A stretch of DNA of 55,705 bases from Octopus bimaculoides. Lineage: Eukaryota. The stretch is taken from the NCBI RefSeq assembly GCF_001194135.2, contig NC_069004.1, forward strand, positions 16,105,335 through 16,161,039, in the 5' to 3' direction. The notes beneath the pieces are model-generated. The model ran no database searches, was not told where the DNA came from, and saw only the letters and a program-made list of their open reading frames with translations. Both the position numbers and the translations under genes were made by a program. Positions 50,904 to 55,705 of this stretch are shown in pieces; position 1 is the first letter of the stretch; every line of letters starts with the position of its first letter.

Positions 50904-52658
50904 GAGAGAGGGAGAGAGAAAGCGAGAGGCAATGGGGGAGAGGATGTTCTGAAGGGACAGAAATATACAGCATCAGAAGAGTGGAGAGAAGAGATATAGG
51001 GGAATGTGTTTGTGAGAGATTGAATAAAAAAGGATTCGATTACGAAATGCAGCGATGGAGCTGAGGGTCCGTTCCTCTGTATGAAGAATAAATGGAAAGA
51101 AAGAGAGAGAAGAACAGAGTGAGAGAAAGCTCAGGAATGACAGAGAGAATCGGAGACAGAAAAAGAAGAGAAGGGGTGAGGGAGATGAGAGACAAATGTT
51201 TGAGAAGTGTGTGTTTGATAGGAAGAAAGAGTATAAACAATAAAGAAAGGAAAAGAGAAAAGACGAATGAGAGAGAGAGAGAGAGAAAGAGCGTGAGAAA
51301 GAAACAAAAAACGTGAGGAAAGAGCACAAAGAAAGAAAGAGAGAGAGAGAGAGGGCGATGGGAGGAAGAAGCATGGAAAAGGGACAGAAATATAGAAGGT
51401 GGGGGAGAGAAGTGTAAGAAAGAAGAAAAGAAGGGAAACAAATATGGAGAAAGAGAAAGGGAAGGAGAAAGAGAATAAGAGATAAAAGGAGGTAGGGAGT
51501 AAATGAAAATTGACAATATTGAGAGATGAAAGAAAGATAAATCTAGGGAATACGGGGATGCCCGAGAGGAGAGAGTGTGTGAGATAAGAGTGGACATTGA
51601 ATTGGTGAGAGAGAAAGAAATAATGAGAGAAGAAAGAAGGGAAGGTGAGACGATACAGATATTGAGTAAATGGTTCAAGATCGTACTTGGGAAAGAGAGA
51701 AAGAGAGAGGAAAAAATTTAATGAAGATAAAGAGAAAGAAAGAAGAGGAAGCAGTAGCAATTAAATTAAAAAGTGAAAAGCAGGTTGTGAATGAGATAGA
51801 AAGGAAGAAGAAGAAAACCTAAGAGAATTGAAGCAGAGAAAGATGGATGTTCGTAAAGGAGTCTGCAGAAGGGAAAGGGCTAGAAGGTAATTGATAGAGA
51901 CAGAGAGCGAAAGAGTGAAAAAATGATCGGAAAGAAGGAAGAATAAAGAAGCATAGAGAAAGAAGAATGAGAGAAGGTGATGGAAGAAAGAGTGAACAAG
52001 AAATATGAAAAAAGAAAGTTACTGAAATAAAGAGAAAAAAGACCAGTTAATTTGTGAAGGAAATGTATCTGGAAGGTAGTGAGACAGATAGAAAGAATGA
52101 GAGAGAGAGAGAGAGAGATAGAGAGAGAGACCGGGAAGAAGGAGTTAATGGCAAATGAACGAAAATGATTGAATTACACATGAGGGGGAAGAAAAAAGAA
52201 GAGAAAGCTATGAACGATGGGTTGTAAGGAGAGAGAGTGGGGGAGAGAAAAAGAGAGACAAGAAAAGAAAAAAATCTCATTGACAGTGAGTGAAAAGAAA
52301 AAGACGGAGAAAGATGTGCAAAAGGGAAGAAATGATTAGTGATTTAATATATATGTAGAGAAAGAGGGAGAGAAAGGATGAGGTGAAGATAAGGAATGCG
52401 AAGGAAAGTAGGCAAAAAAGAGAAAGGTAGATAAGAAAACAGAGGGAAGTGTGTAAAAGAGAGAGAGAGAGAGATAAAACAGAGTTGAAAATGAGTGAAA
52501 TAAACCGGTGAGGAAAAGAAGAGAAAGAAAGACTAAAAACAGATTGTGAGAAGAGATGGCGGGTGATGGATAGAGGGAAAGATTAAAAAGGGATAAACAT
52601 TAGTGGAATGAAGGAAGGAGCGTAACAGACAGAAGGAGGAGGACGAAAAAAAGAGATG

Positions 52659-52691
<33 letters not shown>

Positions 52692-52910
52692 TAAAGTAAA
52701 ATAAAGATTATCGGAGATAGAGAGGAAAGTAAGAGAAGGGAGAAGGGGAGTGAAATAGATAGTCAGCAAATCAAAGAAAAAAATGAGTTGCTGAGTAAGG
52801 GAGAGAGAGAGAAAGAAGTAAAACAAAGAGGGAGGAGAAGAAGGATAGATTAGGAAATCAGTTAAGATGAGGGAGAAATAGAGAGGAGGAGTAAAGACAG
52901 GTAGAGGTGT
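50890..52910 (+). repeat. About 2-kb polypurine (GA-rich) low-complexity tract with (GA)n runs
   Basis: Direct; the minus-strand Phe/Leu/Ser ORFs here are artefacts. Confidence 0.9.
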
Positions 52911-52975
52911 GAGTATGTGTGTCTGTGTGTACAAGTGTACGCCTGTGAGTGTATGTGTGTTAGCACCACAGCAAC

Positions 52976-52993
52976 ATGGCGGCAGTGTTTGTG
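52976..52993 (+). CDS. Probable first coding exon (MAAVFV, phase 0) of a rightward-running gene
   Basis: gcaacATGGCGGCA start context followed after six codons by a perfect GTG|gtaagt donor; CpG-retaining intron start. Confidence 0.65.
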
Positions 52994-53484
52994 GTAAGTA
53001 TTTCCACTGATTGTTTTTGTTATTATTTACTCTACGTTCGTCTCCACAACATCACTTTATAACGACATCAACGAACTTTTACAGACATTGTCTTTCTATG
53101 TGAAGATTTATTTCTGCCTTTAATCAACGTCTACCATCCATATTTCGTGTAATCTCTGTTGTTTTGACTTCGTTTGGGCTCTGTCGTCTGAATAAAAGTT
53201 CGCAGGAAGAAAAAAGCCCATCAAAATAAATAAATTACAGCGAATTAATTTGCCGTAGGGATGAAAAAGTCCAACGTTTCGGACACTAGTCCTTCTTCGT
53301 AGAGAAATAATATAGNNNNNNNNNNNNNNNNNNNNNNNNNNNNNNNNNNNNNNNNNNNNNNNNNNNNNNNNNNNNNNNNNNNNNNNNNNNNNNNNNNNNN
53401 NNNNNNNNNNNNNNNNNNNNNNNNNNNNNNNNNNNNNNNNNNNNATCTCATATTCGGGTGCCCACATTGCCTGTTCCACTTGCA

Positions 53485-53543
<59 letters not shown>

Positions 53544-54166
53544 ACTATGTATTAGCAAATACGTGTCTGTTTATATTACTGGAGGATGTATATAACAATC
53601 ATAACGTGTATTGTTGGGGGGGGTGCGTCTTTATACATGCATGGTTATTTATAATCTTTCTATATTTCTCTGTATGAATGCATTATATCTAACGGAACAC
53701 ATACAAGAAACACATGCATGAAGTGGTTGTTATTATGTATACACAAAGCTTGCACATTTATATACATTGATGTGTCAAGGTTGATCAGGCTTTTGCTTCG
53801 TCTGATTTAGTGAAAGGGACTCAAACTGAGGTACCAGTAATATACTTTTTATTATATGGGCACTTGCTTATTAGCAGCACTTTTCGGCCAAATGAAGCAT
53901 ACATATTGCGTATGTAGATATAATTACATATATATATATGAAGACGTTTGCATTTGTGCATGAAATGTCTGTTCTAAGTAGTGTAAGCACCTATATTTTA
54001 CTTAAATGTGCTGGTGTACGTATATGTGCATGCTTTTGCATGTGTTCATTACGTACTGCTCTGTTGGTGCAGTGAAAGGGGTTGAAAATATGCCTTGCAG
54101 CAGATCCGTGCATCCCCTGTCAGTATGGAAAACATGTTAAACCCTTGACGGTAGTGTGTGTGCATG

Positions 54167-54211
<45 letters not shown>

Positions 54212-55257
54212 NNNNNNNNNNNNNNNNNNNNNNNNNNNNNNNNNNNNNNNNNNNNNNNNNNNNNNNNNNNNNNNNNNNNNNNNNNNNNNNNNNNNNNNNN
54301 NNNNNNNNNNNNNNNNNNNNNNNNNNNNNNNNNNNNNNNNNNNNNNNNNNNNNNNNNNNNNNNNNNNNNNNNNNNNNNNNNNNNNNNNNNNNNNNNNNNN
54401 NNNNNNNNNNNNNNNNNNNNNNNNNNNNNNNNNNNNNNNNNNNNNNNNNNNTATATATATATATATATATATATATATGCATAGCTATATCACTTTGTGC
54501 TTTACGTGCACATAGGTAGTTTCCATCGTCCAGTAAACCTTTTGAATATATATTATCATCAGCCAGAAGGGTAACTTGGGGGTGTGTAGTAGTGGCGGTA
54601 ATGGAGGAATTGTGTTTTATGTTATTGATTTATATCTTACTATGGTTGCCTCTTATTATTCTACAGAGGTGCGTGCGCGCGCGTGTTTTGATGTGTATAG
54701 TGATCAGTGACGAAATGCGTTGTGATCTGTAATAATGTAATGTGGCATATATATATAAAATTATATATACATATCTATCTATCTATCTACATATATTGTA
54801 ATGTGCAATGTGAATTTTTTGTGTATTTTTATTGTTATCAGTTGCTTTAGAAAGACACTCTACAAAATAGGACTTATCGTTTGATTATTTATTTATATAT
54901 TTGCATAACTAACCGAAATCCTCCTATGTAATGTTCAGAAGGAGAGATGAGACAGAATGGTTCGAGAAATTGTAGTGTCCAGTGGTCAAACTTGGTGCAA
55001 ATGACACCACAGCATTGAAAGTTCAGGGAATACATGCACAAAATCATATATACATGCATATAAATAAACATACATGTGTGTGTATTTTGCTTTATAGTCA
55101 CAATGTGCTAGTATTATTTATGCCATGCTGAATTCTGAGTACTTGCGTGTATAACGATGTAGTGAAATGAGGCGAAGTGAATATTGCCTCACTGCCTCGT
55201 ATTGTCTACAACACACAATCGCACGCACTCTCTCCCATCGTTACCCACGTACCGATC

Positions 55258-55705
55258 TGTGTATATGTAGTATGTGTATATACACTATGTATATGCAGTA
55301 TGTGTATATATATTATGTATATGTAGTATGTGTATATGTATATGCAGTATGTGTATAAATATATATATATGTATATGCAGTATGTGTATAAATATATATA
55401 TATGTATATGCAGTATGTGTATAAATATATATATATGTGTATATGCAGTATGTGTATATGCAGTATGTGTGTGTGTGTGTATATATATATATATGTATAT
55501 GTAGTATGTATATATATATATATATGTGTGTATATGGAGTATGTATATATATATATATTTGGAGTATGTATGTATGTATGTATATGTAGTAAATATATGT
55601 ATATGTAGTATATATATGTAGTATGTGTATATATATGTATATGTAGTATGTATATATATATATGTATATGTAGTATGTATATATATATGTATATGTAGTA
55701 TGTAT
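55258..55705. repeat. TA/TG-rich minisatellite including a 33-bp unit (gtatatgcagtatgtgtataaatatatatatat x~3)
   Basis: Direct; seen as MYMQYVYKYIY repeats in the ORF track. Confidence 0.88.

Noticed and set aside
51040-52934. Hydrophobic Phe/Leu/Ser ORFs as membrane proteins
   Set aside because: They are the translation of the CT-rich strand of the polypurine tract.
52976-52993. Naming the gene (MAAVFV resembles the starts of CGRRF1 MAAVFL and S6K2 MAAVFD)
   Set aside because: Six residues are not diagnostic and no downstream exon is visible.

Overview
AT-rich, repeat-dense animal genomic DNA with seven N gaps. The SINE, microsatellite and TE content looks like a coleoid cephalopod, probably Octopus (inferred from recalled repeat families, not from a search). 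Most of the window is intronic or intergenic and filled with decayed transposons: a mariner fragment, three hAT elements, a full-length but broken Tigger/pogo with TA TSD, a possible piggyBac remnant, a near-complete Gypsy LTR element (44415-49258), a second LTR element lacking PR/RT/RNase H, RTE LINE fragments, Penelope-like (GIY-YIG) fragments and many tRNA-derived SINEs. No intact long CDS is present. Host-gene evidence is limited to two short, well-bounded candidate start exons facing away from each other near the right end (minus 50417-50442, MLSDVTQ; plus 52976-52993, MAAVFV) plus a few weak internal-exon candidates. The most notable structures are minimal hammerhead-ribozyme-like motifs linked to Penelope-type sequence, one in a 228-bp inverted-arm insert with a 10-bp TSD inside a Gypsy gag polyQ tract, and two long near-perfect hairpins. 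I see no evidence for a wholly new multi-gene system.
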